A stretch of DNA of 64,000 bases, taken from Candidatus Latescibacterota bacterium. Its GTDB lineage: Bacteria; Latescibacterota; UBA2968; GCA-2709665. The position numbers were made by a program, and so were the translations under genes. Below, one piece after another: positions 31,771 through 42,824 of this stretch. How positions within the stretch are numbered: the stretch's first letter is position 1; every line of letters begins with the position of its first letter. Location: NCBI GenBank assembly GCA_963667175.2, contig CAXXXF010000007.1, positions 140,796 through 204,795 of the forward strand, written 5' to 3'. The notes beneath the pieces are model-generated. The model was given only the letters and a program-made list of their open reading frames with translations. It had not been told where the DNA came from and did not search any database.

Positions 31771-33671
31771 CCCACCTCCGCTCCGTCGGGAACATCGGCG
31801 TCCGGCTGCAGCAGAGCGACACGCCCGTCCGCCGACGCCGCCAGCAGCATCCCTTCCGACGCCACCCCGCGGATTGTCGCCGGCTCCAGATTCGCAACCA
31901 CCACAATCTGACGGCCAACCAGCGATTCGGGGCGGTAGTGTTCCGCGACTCCGGCGACGATCTGCCGACGCTCTTCACCCAGACTGACCCTCAGCGTCAG
32001 CAACCGGTCGGCGCCGGAGACCCGTTCGGCGGACTCCACCCTGGCCACGCGAAACTCGAGCTTCTGAAACTCCTTGAACGGTACCAGATCCTCTTTCCTT
32101 TCAGCCATTTCAATAGTCTCCGAGAAATCCTGTTCGATCGATTCGATCCTGGGAAAAATCGGACCGCGCGCACTCACCTGCGCTCCTGCGCGAAGTCCGC
32201 CCCAGAGGCGAAGGCCCTGTATCGTCTGCGTTTTCACGTCGCCATCGGCGCCGATCTGCTCCCACATCTCGTCCGCCTTATCCGGCAGCACCGGAAAGAG
32301 CAGCACGGCCAGATAGCGCATGGTTTCGAGAAGGCCGTAGATCGTCGCCTTCAGCAACTCCCGGTTTTCCGGATCCCTGGCCAGGTTCCAGGGCGCCTGC
32401 GCTTCCGCGAACCGGTTGGCCTGCCGAACAAGGTCCCAGATCGCATCCAGGATTCCCGTGGGGTTCATGTTGCCCAGCGCATCCATCACGCCGTCCAGTG
32501 TGCGGTGCGCCTGCTCCTTCAACGCGGTAAGTGCGGGGTGATTCACATCCGATTCGGGGACTTGCCCGTCCAGGTACCGGCAGGCCATGACCACGGTGCG
32601 ATTCAGCAGGTTGCCCAGATCGTTCGCCAGCTCGGAATTGTACCGGTGGATAAATCCCGTTTCGCCGAAGGTGCTGTCCGTACCCAGCACCATCTCGCGA
32701 ACCAGGAAATATCGAAAAGCGTCTACGCCGTATTTCTCCGCCAGATCCAGGGGTCGTATCACGTTGCCCAGTGACTTGCTCATCTTCTCCTCGTCGACAA
32801 GCCACCACCCGTGGGCCATCACCGTTTCGGGAGTATCGACGCCCATCGCCTTCAACATCGTCGGCCAGTAAATACAATGGGTCGTCAGAATATCTTTGCC
32901 GATCAGGTGGCAGGAAGCCGGCCACCACCGTGCGAAGGCTTCGGTATTCTGAAGATAACCCGCAGCCGTAATGTAGTTGATCAGCGCGTCGAACCACACG
33001 TAACACACGTATGATTCGTCGAATGGCAACGGAATGCCCCAGGACAATCGGGCCTTCGGGCGGGATATGCACAGGTCGTTCAGCGGCCGGCGCAAAAAGC
33101 CGAGCATCTCGTTTCTGCGCGTGGCGGGAAGCACAAGCCGCGGGTCGTTCCGGATGCGGTCTGTCAGCCACGCCTGGTATTTCCCCATTCGAAAGAAATA
33201 ATTCTTCTCCGATATCCTCGTCACCTCCCGCCCGCATTCCGGGCATTTCCCGTCGACCAGATCCTTCTCCGTCCAGAACCGTTCGTCCGGCACACAATAC
33301 CAGCCCTCGTAGTCGTCGGCGTAGATTTCTCCGGCGTCGTAGAGGCGCTGGAGAATGCGCTGTACCACGCGCCGATGCCTGGGTTCGGTTGTGCGAATGA
33401 AGTCATCGTACGAGACATTCAATGACGACCAGAGCCTGCGGAAGCGTTCGACCATCTCGTCACAATGATCCTGCGGGTCCACGCCTCGGGCTTTCGCCGC
33501 CTGCGCCACTTTCTGACCGTGCTCGTCCGTCCCGGTCAGAAACAGCACTTCGTCGCCCGCAAACCGATGATATCTGGCGAACACATCCGCAATGACGGTT
33601 GTATACGCGTGTCCCAGATGCGGCTCGTCGTTCACGTAGTATATCGGGGTTGTTATGTAGAACCGCCCCAT
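31767..33671 (-). CDS. metG: Methionine--tRNA ligase with C-terminal tRNA-binding domain
   Basis: ITTPIYYVN..HLGH, TGTDEHG, YVWFDAL, KMSKS. Confidence 0.99.
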   Translation of the reverse strand: MGRFYITTPIYYVNDEPHLGHAYTTVIADVFARYHRFAGDEVLFLTGTDEHGQKVAQAAKARGVDPQDHCDEMVERFRRLWSSLNVSYDDFIRTTEPRHRRVVQRILQRLYDAGEIYADDYEGWYCVPDERFWTEKDLVDGKCPECGREVTRISEKNYFFRMGKYQAWLTDRIRNDPRLVLPATRRNEMLGFLRRPLNDLCISRPKARLSWGIPLPFDESYVCYVWFDALINYITAAGYLQNTEAFARWWPASCHLIGKDILTTHCIYWPTMLKAMGVDTPETVMAHGWWLVDEEKMSKSLGNVIRPLDLAEKYGVDAFRYFLVREMVLGTDSTFGETGFIHRYNSELANDLGNLLNRTVVMACRYLDGQVPESDVNHPALTALKEQAHRTLDGVMDALGNMNPTGILDAIWDLVRQANRFAEAQAPWNLARDPENRELLKATIYGLLETMRYLAVLLFPVLPDKADEMWEQIGADGDVKTQTIQGLRLWGGLRAGAQVSARGPIFPRIESIEQDFSETIEMAERKEDLVPFKEFQKLEFRVARVESAERVSGADRLLTLRVSLGEERRQIVAGVAEHYRPESLVGRQIVVVANLEPATIRGVASEGMLLAASADGRVALLQPDADVPDGAEVG

Positions 33672-33835
33672 TCAACCAACCTTCCCCGTTTCTGACCGGC
33701 TGTCAGCGATTGCGCCGCCGGTCGAAGCCAACCCGCCGTGAGACGGCAGACGCGAGACGAAAGAAGCGTCAAAGCGCGAGAGACCCCTGGTGGCGGATCC
33801 GGCCATCGTCCGGATTACGCCCAGCTACACATCGT

Positions 33836-34933
33836 TCATACTGAGTTGGCGTTCTGACCGTGCGCAGCCTGTTTGCCTACGCTCCTGATCTCGCGCCAGA
33901 GTGAAACGAGGCCAACGTAGAGATTGACGTTGCGGCGATTCATCTCGCGCAACGACTCGATCTTTGCAGCCGCGCGCTGCACGTCCTCAAGGCCGAACGC
34001 GCGGGACAGCCGTCGTATATCGTCAACCCTTCGACGGTGGGTCACGCTGCCGGAATCGCCATAGAGGAGTACCAGAACGTCCCGCAGCCACACCTCCGCG
34101 CCGCCGAGCAGTCGCAGGGCTTCATCCCGGTCTGAAGCCAGTTTTTCAAGCGCAGCATGGGTTCTGGCCTCGTCGTCCCACAGGAGCGCCGCCAGGAACC
34201 GGTACGCCCGGCCCTGCAGGTCATCGACTTCATTCTCAATCATGTCCAGCGCGCGCCTCAGGTTTCCGCCGCAGGAACGCGCGACGGACGTCGCCGTATC
34301 GGCGTCGACTCCTGACCCGTCCATCAACATCCCGACCATATCGTCAATCGCCACTGCCGGAAACGCCACCCACTGACATCGGGAGACAATGGTCGGAAGC
34401 AGGGTCTCCTGCATGGATGAGGTTAGAATCAACAGAGACCGTGAAGGCGGTTCTTCCAGCGTCTTGAGCAGCGCATTGGCAGCTTCCGCGCGCATCCGAT
34501 CCGCGTGCAGGATGACCGCCACCCGCCACCCGCCACCGAACGCGCCGTATGCAAACTGCTTCTGAAGCGTTCGAATCTGCTCGATGGAAAGCGTGGCGTG
34601 ATCGGCGGGCAGCGGATAGCCGTAAGGATCGCTTGCGACCTGCCGCAACGTCTCTCGTTCCATATCGGGCGGCGTTCGCGCTGAAAACGGAAACAGCAGG
34701 GTAAGGTCCGGGTGGTTCAAAGCCGCAGTCTTCCTGCATCCACGGCAATTCTCGCAGCACCCCGCCCTCCCCTGGTCGCAGTAAAGGCTTCGCGCCATTT
34801 CAAGGGCTGCGGCAGTCTTGCCCGCGCCCTCGGGTCCGGTGAACAGGAGCGCGTGCGGCAGATTCGGACCGCGAGCCATCCGCTCGAGCCTCTCTATCAG
34901 GCGTTTCTGCCCTGTCACTGCGTGGCTGAACAT
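33836..34933 (-). CDS. holB: DNA polymerase III delta' subunit
   Basis: HALLFTGPEG, zinc Cys cluster, HPD, ANALLKTLEEP, TIVSRC. Confidence 0.93.
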   Translation of the reverse strand: MFSHAVTGQKRLIERLERMARGPNLPHALLFTGPEGAGKTAAALEMARSLYCDQGRAGCCENCRGCRKTAALNHPDLTLLFPFSARTPPDMERETLRQVASDPYGYPLPADHATLSIEQIRTLQKQFAYGAFGGGWRVAVILHADRMRAEAANALLKTLEEPPSRSLLILTSSMQETLLPTIVSRCQWVAFPAVAIDDMVGMLMDGSGVDADTATSVARSCGGNLRRALDMIENEVDDLQGRAYRFLAALLWDDEARTHAALEKLASDRDEALRLLGGAEVWLRDVLVLLYGDSGSVTHRRRVDDIRRLSRAFGLEDVQRAAAKIESLREMNRRNVNLYVGLVSLWREIRSVGKQAAHGQNANSV

Positions 34934-34954
34934 GCGCCGACGCCCGTAACCTGA

Positions 34955-35461
34955 TTAATGTAAAGCCGCGCCTGCGGCGTTCACGTGGTCTGAAGAACGT
35001 CCGTTCAACGCTTTCAACATCACAAATGCATCTTCGCCCGTCGAGCGGTAATATCCGCGACGAATCGCAACCGTCCGAAATCCGAGTTTTCCGTAGAGCC
35101 CGATCGCGGACCGATTGGAAACGCGCACCTCGAGGGTTACGATCTGCACGTTTCGACCCGGCAACCGTTCCATCACGGCCTCCAGAAACCGCCGCCCGAG
35201 TCCGCGTCGCCGAAGACCGGGATGTACCGCAAGATTGGCCAGATGATATTCATTGGCCACAAGAAAGCCAACCGCATACACGACGACCCGTTCGCCGCAC
35301 ATGTAAACGGGACAATACCTGTTTCCCCGGTTCAGCGCGTCTTCAAAGTCCGTTCTGTGCCACGGGTCCGCGAAACCCTCGCGTTCGATTTCCAATACAG
35401 CGTCGAGATGCCCTGCGTCCATTTCGCAGAGCATACAATCGGAGGTCGCCCTGTCTCGCAT
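34955..35461 (-). CDS. rimI: Ribosomal-protein N-acetyltransferase
   Basis: NLAVHP..RRRGLG, LEVRVSN, YY...EDA; follows tsaB; start approximate. Confidence 0.92.
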   Translation of the reverse strand: MRDRATSDCMLCEMDAGHLDAVLEIEREGFADPWHRTDFEDALNRGNRYCPVYMCGERVVVYAVGFLVANEYHLANLAVHPGLRRRGLGRRFLEAVMERLPGRNVQIVTLEVRVSNRSAIGLYGKLGFRTVAIRRGYYRSTGEDAFVMLKALNGRSSDHVNAAGAALH

Positions 35462-35495
35462 CGAATTCGGTCTCCCGGTAGCGGGCGCCGCCCCG

Positions 35496-36179
35496 CTATC
35501 GTGCAATGCCGGCACTCTCCGCCTGACTCAGGCGATGGTATTCGGGTTCCGCCGTCGTCGCGTCGACCGCGTTTCCGGCCCGCAGGCTTTCAACCCCCAA
35601 AAGCGCGACGGATGAGCCGCTGGGATGGATGAACGCCGGGGCGAACCGGGCGTCCGTGCCCATATACTCCCGGATCCGGTTCCGGTAAGTCACGCCGCCC
35701 TCGCCGACAATCAGCACAGGTCCTGGCAGCCTCGGCATCAATTCGTCGAGAGGCGTCGCCGTGTCCGGACGGCGCGCCGCCAGACAGCCGCCGTCGAGAC
35801 CGTACACGCCCGCATAGACGTTTCCGCGACGGGCATCGAGCATTGCACAGACCGGCAGCCCTTCAATCACAACCTGCGCCGCCAGGCCCTTCAGCGTCGG
35901 CACGGCCAGAAGCGGCAGGTTCAACGCGAGACACAGGCCCTTCGCCGCGGCCATGCCGATACGCAGCCCCGTAAACGAACCCGGCCCCGACCCCACCGCC
36001 ACGCCGGCCAGGTCCGCGAATTCGACTCCCGCGTCCCCCATGGCCCGTTCAGCCATCGCCATCGTCCGTTCCGAGTGCCGCAGCCCGGTATTCTGCGAAA
36101 AGGACGTGAGCACCCGATCGTCGTCCACCAGCCCGACACTGCACACCGGTGTCGAGGTTTCAATGCCCAATACGTACAT
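35496..36179 (-). CDS. tsaB: tRNA threonylcarbamoyladenosine biosynthesis protein TsaB
   Basis: LGIETST, GPGSFTGLRIG, DARR. Confidence 0.96.
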   Translation of the reverse strand: MYVLGIETSTPVCSVGLVDDDRVLTSFSQNTGLRHSERTMAMAERAMGDAGVEFADLAGVAVGSGPGSFTGLRIGMAAAKGLCLALNLPLLAVPTLKGLAAQVVIEGLPVCAMLDARRGNVYAGVYGLDGGCLAARRPDTATPLDELMPRLPGPVLIVGEGGVTYRNRIREYMGTDARFAPAFIHPSGSSVALLGVESLRAGNAVDATTAEPEYHRLSQAESAGIAR

Positions 36180-36196
36180 CGCGCCGCCCGGCGACG

Positions 36197-37219
36197 TCAT
36201 AACAAGCGCCCCTGATTTCCCTCCGGCGGGGTTAGTCCAAGGTGACGATAGGCCAGCGCCGTGGCCTGGCGCCCCCTGTGGGTACGCAGCAGATAGCCTT
36301 CCTGAATCAGGTACGGCTCGTAGACGTCCTCAATGGTATCGGATTCTTCGCCCAGGGCCGCTGCCAGGTTGTTCAGGCCAACCGGACCGCCGCCGTACTT
36401 CTCGACCAGCAGGGCAAGAAGCCGGCGGTCCATCTCGTCCAGTCCTTCGTTATCTATGTCGGCCAGTTCCAATGCGCGACCTGCGACGTCGAGGGTAATC
36501 GTTCCCTGCGCGCGCGCCTGCGCGTAATCCCGCGACCGACGCAACAACCGGGTCGCGATCCGTGCGGTACCCCGAGACCGGCGCGCAATCTCGAAAGCCC
36601 CCTCGGGCTGAATGTCGATCTTCAGTATTCGTGAAGCACGCTCAACGATGGTCTGTAATTCCGGCTCGGTGTAAAAGTCCAGCCGTTCGACGATTCCGAA
36701 CCGGTCCCGCATCGGACCGGTCAGCAGGCCGTAGCGCGTGGTGGCGCCGATGAGCGTAAAGCGGTCGAGGGGCACCCGGTAAGAACGCGCCCCGGGTCCG
36801 CTGTCGAGCATAATGTCCAGCACGAAGTCCTCCATCGCGGGATACAGCGTTTCCTCCACAACCCGGTTCATCCGATGGATCTCGTCAATGAAGAGGACGT
36901 CTTTTTCGCCCAGGTTGGTCAGCAGGCCGGCGAGGTCCGCGGCGCGTTCGAGCACGGGCCCGGAAGTCGGCACAATTTCGGCCCCGAGTTCGTTGGCGAC
37001 CACGTACGCCAGCGTTGTCTTACCCAGCCCCGGTGGACCGTACAGAAGCGCGTGGTCCATGGCGTCTCCCCGGTGCATTGCCGCATCCACCGCGATCCGC
37101 AGTTTTTCCTTGACCTTCTCCTGCCCGGTCATGTCGGCGAATCGCCCCGGGCGCAACTGGTCTTCGCCTTCAAGCCGGTCCTGGTCCTGCATATCGGGAT
37201 CGCTTATCCGTCCATCCAT
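36197..37219 (-). CDS. ruvB: Holliday junction branch migration helicase RuvB
   Basis: [28 protein letters not shown]. Confidence 0.99.
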   Translation of the reverse strand: MDGRISDPDMQDQDRLEGEDQLRPGRFADMTGQEKVKEKLRIAVDAAMHRGDAMDHALLYGPPGLGKTTLAYVVANELGAEIVPTSGPVLERAADLAGLLTNLGEKDVLFIDEIHRMNRVVEETLYPAMEDFVLDIMLDSGPGARSYRVPLDRFTLIGATTRYGLLTGPMRDRFGIVERLDFYTEPELQTIVERASRILKIDIQPEGAFEIARRSRGTARIATRLLRRSRDYAQARAQGTITLDVAGRALELADIDNEGLDEMDRRLLALLVEKYGGGPVGLNNLAAALGEESDTIEDVYEPYLIQEGYLLRTHRGRQATALAYRHLGLTPPEGNQGRLL

Positions 37220-37262
37220 GCCGGTCTGTCTTCCGTTATCGTACGGGACCCTTGCATGTTTT

Positions 37263-37856
37263 CTACAGTCGCCTGAGCGCCTCTCGAATGATCTCTTCTA
37301 CGGGCGCTTCGTTACCCTGGTCGCCAATCACACGGTTCACCACGCTGCGGGCCTGAATCTGGGGGACGCCCAGACCCGCAAGCGCCATTGCCGCTTCCTC
37401 AGCCCTTCCCGCAACCTCGGGCGAGACCCGGTCCCGGATTTCGTCATCGGGAACATCGCCGATCCGGTCCTTCAATTCCAGCACCAGCCGCTGCGCCAGT
37501 TTCTGGCCGATCCCCTTGATCTGCGTGAGTCCGCGGGCGTCTTCAGACGCCACCAGCCTGCGAAAAACCCGGATTTGAACGCCGGAAAGAATCTTCTGGG
37601 CCAACGGGGGCCCGATGCCGGATACCGAGATCAACAGCTCGAACAGGTCCCGCTCGGCCTCCGTCGCGAACCCATAGACCGTCAGCGCGTCCTCGCGGAC
37701 GTGCAGATGGGTCAATATTCTGAGATTCTCGCCCGGCGCCCGGCTGGCGTTATAGCTTGACAACGGAATGTGAACGCAAAAGCCTACGCCTGCAACGTCG
37801 ATAACCAGATGCGTCGGGCTGTTCTCGGCCAGCTTGCCTTCGAGATAGGCGAACAT
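37263..37856 (-). CDS. ruvA: Holliday junction binding protein RuvA
   Basis: HVREDA...[25 protein letters not shown]. Confidence 0.98.
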   Translation of the reverse strand: MFAYLEGKLAENSPTHLVIDVAGVGFCVHIPLSSYNASRAPGENLRILTHLHVREDALTVYGFATEAERDLFELLISVSGIGPPLAQKILSGVQIRVFRRLVASEDARGLTQIKGIGQKLAQRLVLELKDRIGDVPDDEIRDRVSPEVAGRAEEAAMALAGLGVPQIQARSVVNRVIGDQGNEAPVEEIIREALRRL

Positions 37857-37860
37857 TCAG

Positions 37861-38520
37861 CTACCGACCCTTCCGTTTCGCCCCGGTTGCCCGGGTCCTG
37901 CCGACGCCCAGTTGGGAGAGCTTCTCATTCAAGCGGTCCATCCGCCCTTCGCGCGCGGGTCCCGCGACGGTCGCCGTCCTCCTTTGGCCGGCGGCCCCGT
38001 CACGCTGGCCGAGATTGCCCGGCACTCGAAGCCGGTTCACGTGGCACACTGCAACAGCCAGCGCGTCGGCAACGTCGTACGAACCGGTCACGCGTTTCTC
38101 ACCGAACAGATTTCGCATCATGAACTGCACCTGTTCCTTGGATGCGCCCCCGCGACCCACGACGGACTGCTTTACCTCCCGAGGCGCGTATTCGAAGACG
38201 GGAAGGTCGGACCTGGCGAGCGCCACCATGATCGCCCCGCGGGCTTCGCACATCTTCATCAAGGTTTTCACGTTGGCCTGATAGAAGGCGTGTTCGACCG
38301 CAACCTCGTCAGGCGCGTATTCCTCAACCAGCCGCAGCACGCCAACGTGAATCTCCAGCAGCCGCTCGGAAAAAGAAAGCCTTGCGTCGGGTCGCAGGCG
38401 CCCGCACGCGACCAGCCGGCTCTCCCTGCGCCGGGATTCCACAACTCCGTAACCGGTGATGACGCTGCCCGGGTCGATACCTATGACGCGCAAAAGGTCC
38501 GCCTTTCGAGGTGTACTCAA
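37861..38520 (-). CDS. ruvC: Holliday junction resolvase RuvC
   Basis: GIDPG, AVE, EY.P.EVK, KEQV, DVADALAVA. Confidence 0.97.
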   Translation of the reverse strand: MSTPRKADLLRVIGIDPGSVITGYGVVESRRRESRLVACGRLRPDARLSFSERLLEIHVGVLRLVEEYAPDEVAVEHAFYQANVKTLMKMCEARGAIMVALARSDLPVFEYAPREVKQSVVGRGGASKEQVQFMMRNLFGEKRVTGSYDVADALAVAVCHVNRLRVPGNLGQRDGAAGQRRTATVAGPAREGRMDRLNEKLSQLGVGRTRATGAKRKGR

Positions 38521-38580
38521 CGTGCGTTCAGGAGACCGCGCCAGGCTTCCGTGCGCAGTCCTGCAAGCGGGCCCGGACGG

Positions 38581-39333
38581 CTATGGCGAAATCAATGCGG
38601 CGAGCTGCTCGTCATCCATTTCGAAGTTCGCATAGACCCGCTGTACGTCATCCTGGGATTCCAGCGTCTCCAGGAGCCGAATCACCTGGGCCGCTGTCGC
38701 TCCCTCAACGGGAACCGTATTCTGCGGCACCCGCGTCAACTCTGCGCGCTCAATGGGAATCTGCCGGGCCGCAAGCGCCTTCTGCACCGCGTCGAAGCCC
38801 TGCGACGGGGTGTAAACCTCGTACACGGCGTCTTCTTCAATGATGTCTTCAGCGCCGGCTTCGAGGGCGGCCATCATCAACGTGTCTTCATCGACGCTGT
38901 CACGCGACACGACAACCAGCCCCTTCTGATCGAAGACCCAGGCTACCGATCCGCTTTCGGCCATGCTGGCGTTGTGCTTGTTGAGAAGATGGCGCACCTG
39001 CGATACCGCGCGGTTCTTGTTGTCCGTCAACACCTCGATGAAGATGGCGACGCCTCCGGGACCGTATCCTTCGTAGACCGCCGACTCGTATGATTCGCCC
39101 GGAAGGTCGCCTGTTCCCTTCCTTACGGCGCGCTCGATGTTGGCAGCCGGCATATTTTCCGACTTGGCGTTCAAAATGGCGGCCCTCAGCCGCGGGTTGT
39201 TCGCCTCGTCGCCGCCGCCCTCCCTCGCGGCTACCGTGATTTCCCTGATCAGCCTGGTAAACAGCTTGCCGCGGGCGGCATCCGCGCGTCCTTTCCTGTG
39301 CTTGATATTCGCCCATTTCGAATGACCGGCCAT
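38581..39333 (-). CDS. yebC: YebC/PmpR family protein
   Basis: MAGHSKWANIKHRK, YEGYGPGG, TDNKNR, DDVQRVYAN. Confidence 0.97.
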   Translation of the reverse strand: MAGHSKWANIKHRKGRADAARGKLFTRLIREITVAAREGGGDEANNPRLRAAILNAKSENMPAANIERAVRKGTGDLPGESYESAVYEGYGPGGVAIFIEVLTDNKNRAVSQVRHLLNKHNASMAESGSVAWVFDQKGLVVVSRDSVDEDTLMMAALEAGAEDIIEEDAVYEVYTPSQGFDAVQKALAARQIPIERAELTRVPQNTVPVEGATAAQVIRLLETLESQDDVQRVYANFEMDDEQLAALISP

Positions 39334-39624
39334 GGACCGCCCACCTCCTTCGGATGGCTAAGGAATCCCTCACGAAAAATCGCCCTAACTATTTGATAAT
39401 ATAGAAACAAATAGGTATTTAGGCAATACAAAAAGGAGCGGATTCAGATGCGTATTCGCTTTCGCCGATTCAGGCTCCACACCGCGGTGAAGCACCGGGC
39501 CGCAAGATGTATTCCGGGCGATGCGAGCTTCAGTCACTCGATGCCGGCCCGGCCGCCGCAACGCGTTCCCCCTCCAGACCTCGGATTGATTCCGAGGTCA
39601 TCCCGTTACGGAGAATGGTCTGCC

Positions 39625-39664
39625 AAAAAAGAAAGAAGGGCGATGTCCAGGAGGACATCGCCCT
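39625..39664 (-). terminator. Intrinsic terminator after the EF-G gene
   Basis: Perfect 12-bp stem AGGGCGATGTCC/GGACATCGCCCT followed on the minus strand by a U-rich tract. Confidence 0.85.
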
Positions 39665-39689
39665 GAGGCCGTCGGTTCATCGTTCCGAC

Positions 39690-41780
39690 TTACGCCTCTA
39701 CGGCTTCGCCCTCCTTCTTCGAGGCTTCTACGATCTTCCGGGTCAGATCGGCGGGTACGGGTTCGTAGTGGTCGAACTCCATCGTATAATCACCGGTACC
39801 CTGCGTCATCGAACGGAGCGACGTGGAGTACTTGTACAGCTCCGCCAACGGTACCTCCGCGTGGATGACCTGAAAGCTGCCTTCGGGGTCCATTCCCTGG
39901 ATCCGCCCGCGACGGCTGTTCAGGTCGCCCATCACATCCCCCATAAATTTATCGGGCACCATCACCGTAACACGATAAATGGGCTCCAGCAGAATCGGCC
40001 TGGCGTTCATGAATGCCTTCTGGAACGCCTGTGAACCCGCCATCTGAAAGGCCATTTCGGAAGAATCTACCGGGTGATAGGATCCGTCGTAGACCGTGAC
40101 CCGCGTATCCACAACGTTGTAGCCGGCAAGCACACCGCGCTGGATGGCTTCCACCACTCCTTTTTCGACGGCGGGAATATAGTTGCGTGGAATGGCGCCG
40201 CCCACGACCTCGTCCTGAAATTCGTACCCGTCGCCGCGGTTCGAGGGCTCGATTCGCAGGTAGGCCTCGCCGAACTGACCGCGCCCGCCCGTCTGCTTCT
40301 TGTGCCGGTGGTGCCCCTCGGCGTGAGAGGTGATTGTCTCGCGATACGGGATCCTCGGCTGAATCGTATTGACCTCAACGCCGAATTTCTGCTTCAGTTT
40401 GTCGAGAACGACGTCCAGGTGCAATTCTCCCTGGCCCTGAACGATGATCTGTTTCAGTTCGGGATCGTACCCGGCGATGAAACTGGGATCCTCTTCGTGG
40501 ATGCGCTGCAATCCCATACTGATCTTTTCTTCGTCGCCGCGTGACTTCGGCTCGAGAGCGATACGGATCAGCGGATGGGGGAATTCCAGAGGCAAAACCT
40601 CGACGGCGTCGCGGCGGTCGCACAATGTATTGCCGCTGTGCGTGTCCTTCAGCTTGACCAGCGCTCCCATGTCGCCGGCGGAAACGGATTCGATCTCCTC
40701 ACGATCCTGACCGTTCAGGGTGTAGATTTGCCCGATCCGTTCGACTGTTTTTGCGCTCGAATTGTATACCTCGGAGGATGCCGGCAACGTACCGGAAAAC
40801 ACGCGCACGAAGGAGAGGTCACCGACGGTTTCGGACAGGGTCTTGAATACCACGGCGGCGAGCGGCGCGTCCGCCGACGGCAGAAGGTCGGTCGATTCGT
40901 CCGTAGCGAGCAACCGTCCGCAGGTGGCGGGCAATTCAGACGGCGCCATCATGTTGTCAACGAGAAAATCGAGCAATCGATCCGTTCCGACGTTCGATGA
41001 GGCATCGCCGCACAGGACCGGAACCGTTGTTCCGTTCATGATGCCGACCTTCAGTCCGCGCAGGAGGTCCTCTTCCGAAAGGTCCAGGTCCTCCAGGTAT
41101 TTCTCCGTCAGCTCATCGTCGCTTTCAGCCGCCGCTTCGACGATCTGTTCCCTGAGGGACTCGACTTCGTCGCGACGTTCGTCAGGCACCTCGCCGACCT
41201 CGGGATTTCCGCTTCCGTCGGCCGGATACGTCAGAAGCCTCTGATGCAGAATATCGATGATCCGGCTAAAGCCCGCGCCCTGGTTGACAGGTATTTGAAA
41301 CGGCAGCACGCGTCGCCCGTACTGCTCCTGGAGTGCGTTCAATACCTTTTCGAAGTCGGCGAATTCCTTGTCCAGGTGGTTGACAAAAAACAGACGAGGT
41401 CGCCCGAACGATTCTGCAAATCCCCATGCCTTGTCCGTCCCGATCTCCACGCCGTTGGCCGCGTGGACAAGCAGAACCGCATTGTCCGCCGCCCAGAGCG
41501 CCGCCTTGGCGTCGCCGATAAAATCCGCATAGCCAGGTGCGTCTAAAATGTTGATTTTATTGCCTTTCCAACCGCAGTGCAGCATTGACATGCTGATGGA
41601 GATCTTTCGGGCGATTTCTGCTTCTGTGAAATCCGACGTCGTCGTGCCGGCATCGACGGTCCCCAGCCGATTGCTTCCGCCGGCTGCAAAAATCAGGGCT
41701 TCGGCCAACGAGGTCTTTCCCGTGCTGCTGTGTCCCACGAGGGCGATGTTCCGTATCCTGTCAGGCGTCTCGATATTCAC
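39690..41780 (-). CDS. fusA: Elongation factor G paralog (EF-G2 type), outside the str operon
   Basis: IRNIALVGHSSTGKTS, DAPGY, GQGELHL, KKQTGGRGQFG, DSSEMAF; GTG start with GAGGAGG. Confidence 0.95.
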   Translation of the reverse strand: MNIETPDRIRNIALVGHSSTGKTSLAEALIFAAGGSNRLGTVDAGTTTSDFTEAEIARKISISMSMLHCGWKGNKINILDAPGYADFIGDAKAALWAADNAVLLVHAANGVEIGTDKAWGFAESFGRPRLFFVNHLDKEFADFEKVLNALQEQYGRRVLPFQIPVNQGAGFSRIIDILHQRLLTYPADGSGNPEVGEVPDERRDEVESLREQIVEAAAESDDELTEKYLEDLDLSEEDLLRGLKVGIMNGTTVPVLCGDASSNVGTDRLLDFLVDNMMAPSELPATCGRLLATDESTDLLPSADAPLAAVVFKTLSETVGDLSFVRVFSGTLPASSEVYNSSAKTVERIGQIYTLNGQDREEIESVSAGDMGALVKLKDTHSGNTLCDRRDAVEVLPLEFPHPLIRIALEPKSRGDEEKISMGLQRIHEEDPSFIAGYDPELKQIIVQGQGELHLDVVLDKLKQKFGVEVNTIQPRIPYRETITSHAEGHHRHKKQTGGRGQFGEAYLRIEPSNRGDGYEFQDEVVGGAIPRNYIPAVEKGVVEAIQRGVLAGYNVVDTRVTVYDGSYHPVDSSEMAFQMAGSQAFQKAFMNARPILLEPIYRVTVMVPDKFMGDVMGDLNSRRGRIQGMDPEGSFQVIHAEVPLAELYKYSTSLRSMTQGTGDYTMEFDHYEPVPADLTRKIVEASKKEGEAVEA

Positions 41781-41942
41781 GCGCCTCCTCCTGTAATTAC
41801 CCGGAAAAGCAACGGCGTGTCCGCCATCCGCCAGTGCCATGGTCTCAAGGCAAAAAGACCGCCGGCCGCCTACACGAACCAGACACGAAGCCGATAATTA
41901 ATACAGAATCGCCACGCGTGTCAAGTCATACTTTCTTCCTGC

Positions 41943-41990
41943 AAAAACGTCAACAGGGTCCGGAATTCGGATGAATCCCGGACCCTGTTG
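41943..41990 (-). terminator. rRNA operon terminator
   Basis: CAACAGGGTCCGG...CCGGACCCTGTTG stem followed by a U tract on the minus strand. Confidence 0.8.
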
Positions 41991-41995
41991 GAGTT

Positions 41996-42113
<118 letters not shown>

Positions 42114-42325
42114 AAACAAAAGAGACAACCGAATACGGAACAGGATCTCGCTGCATACAGAACGCACAGGCGATCCGCCGAGAAGCCATTAATTGATCAA
42201 GCCGCACGGCTGATTAGTATCGCTCGGCTGAACGCATTGCTGCGCTTACACCTGCGACCTATCGACCTCGTAGTCTACAAGGAGCCTTCAGGTGGGTTAA
42301 CCCACGGGATATCTCATCTTGGAGT

Positions 42326-42359
<34 letters not shown>

Positions 42360-42405
42360 CTGCCGAACATAGCTACCCAGCGATGCCTCTGGCGAGACAA
42401 CTGGT

Positions 42406-42449
<44 letters not shown>

Positions 42450-42563
42450 ATCTCCTCAAATATCCTGCGCCCACGGCAGATAGGGACCGAACTGTCTCAC
42501 GACGTTCTAAACCCAGCTCGCGTACCACTTTAATAGGAGGACAGCCTAACCCTTGGGACCTTG

Positions 42564-42601
<38 letters not shown>

Positions 42602-42636
42602 GAGCCCTCCCGTCGCTATGGACGCTTGGGGAGGAC

Positions 42637-42674
<38 letters not shown>

Positions 42675-42790
42675 TTCGGCGCTTCCACGCGCAACCGTCG
42701 GATCACTAAGCCCTGCTTTCGCACCTGCTCGACCTGTATGTCTCGCAGTTAAGCTCCCTTATACCTTTACGCTCTATGCGCGATTACCGA

Positions 42791-42824
<34 letters not shown>

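Noticed and set aside
33672-33835. Leader upstream of metG as a T-box or SAM riboswitch
   Set aside because: No T-box or SAM-I consensus and no terminator U tract were visible.
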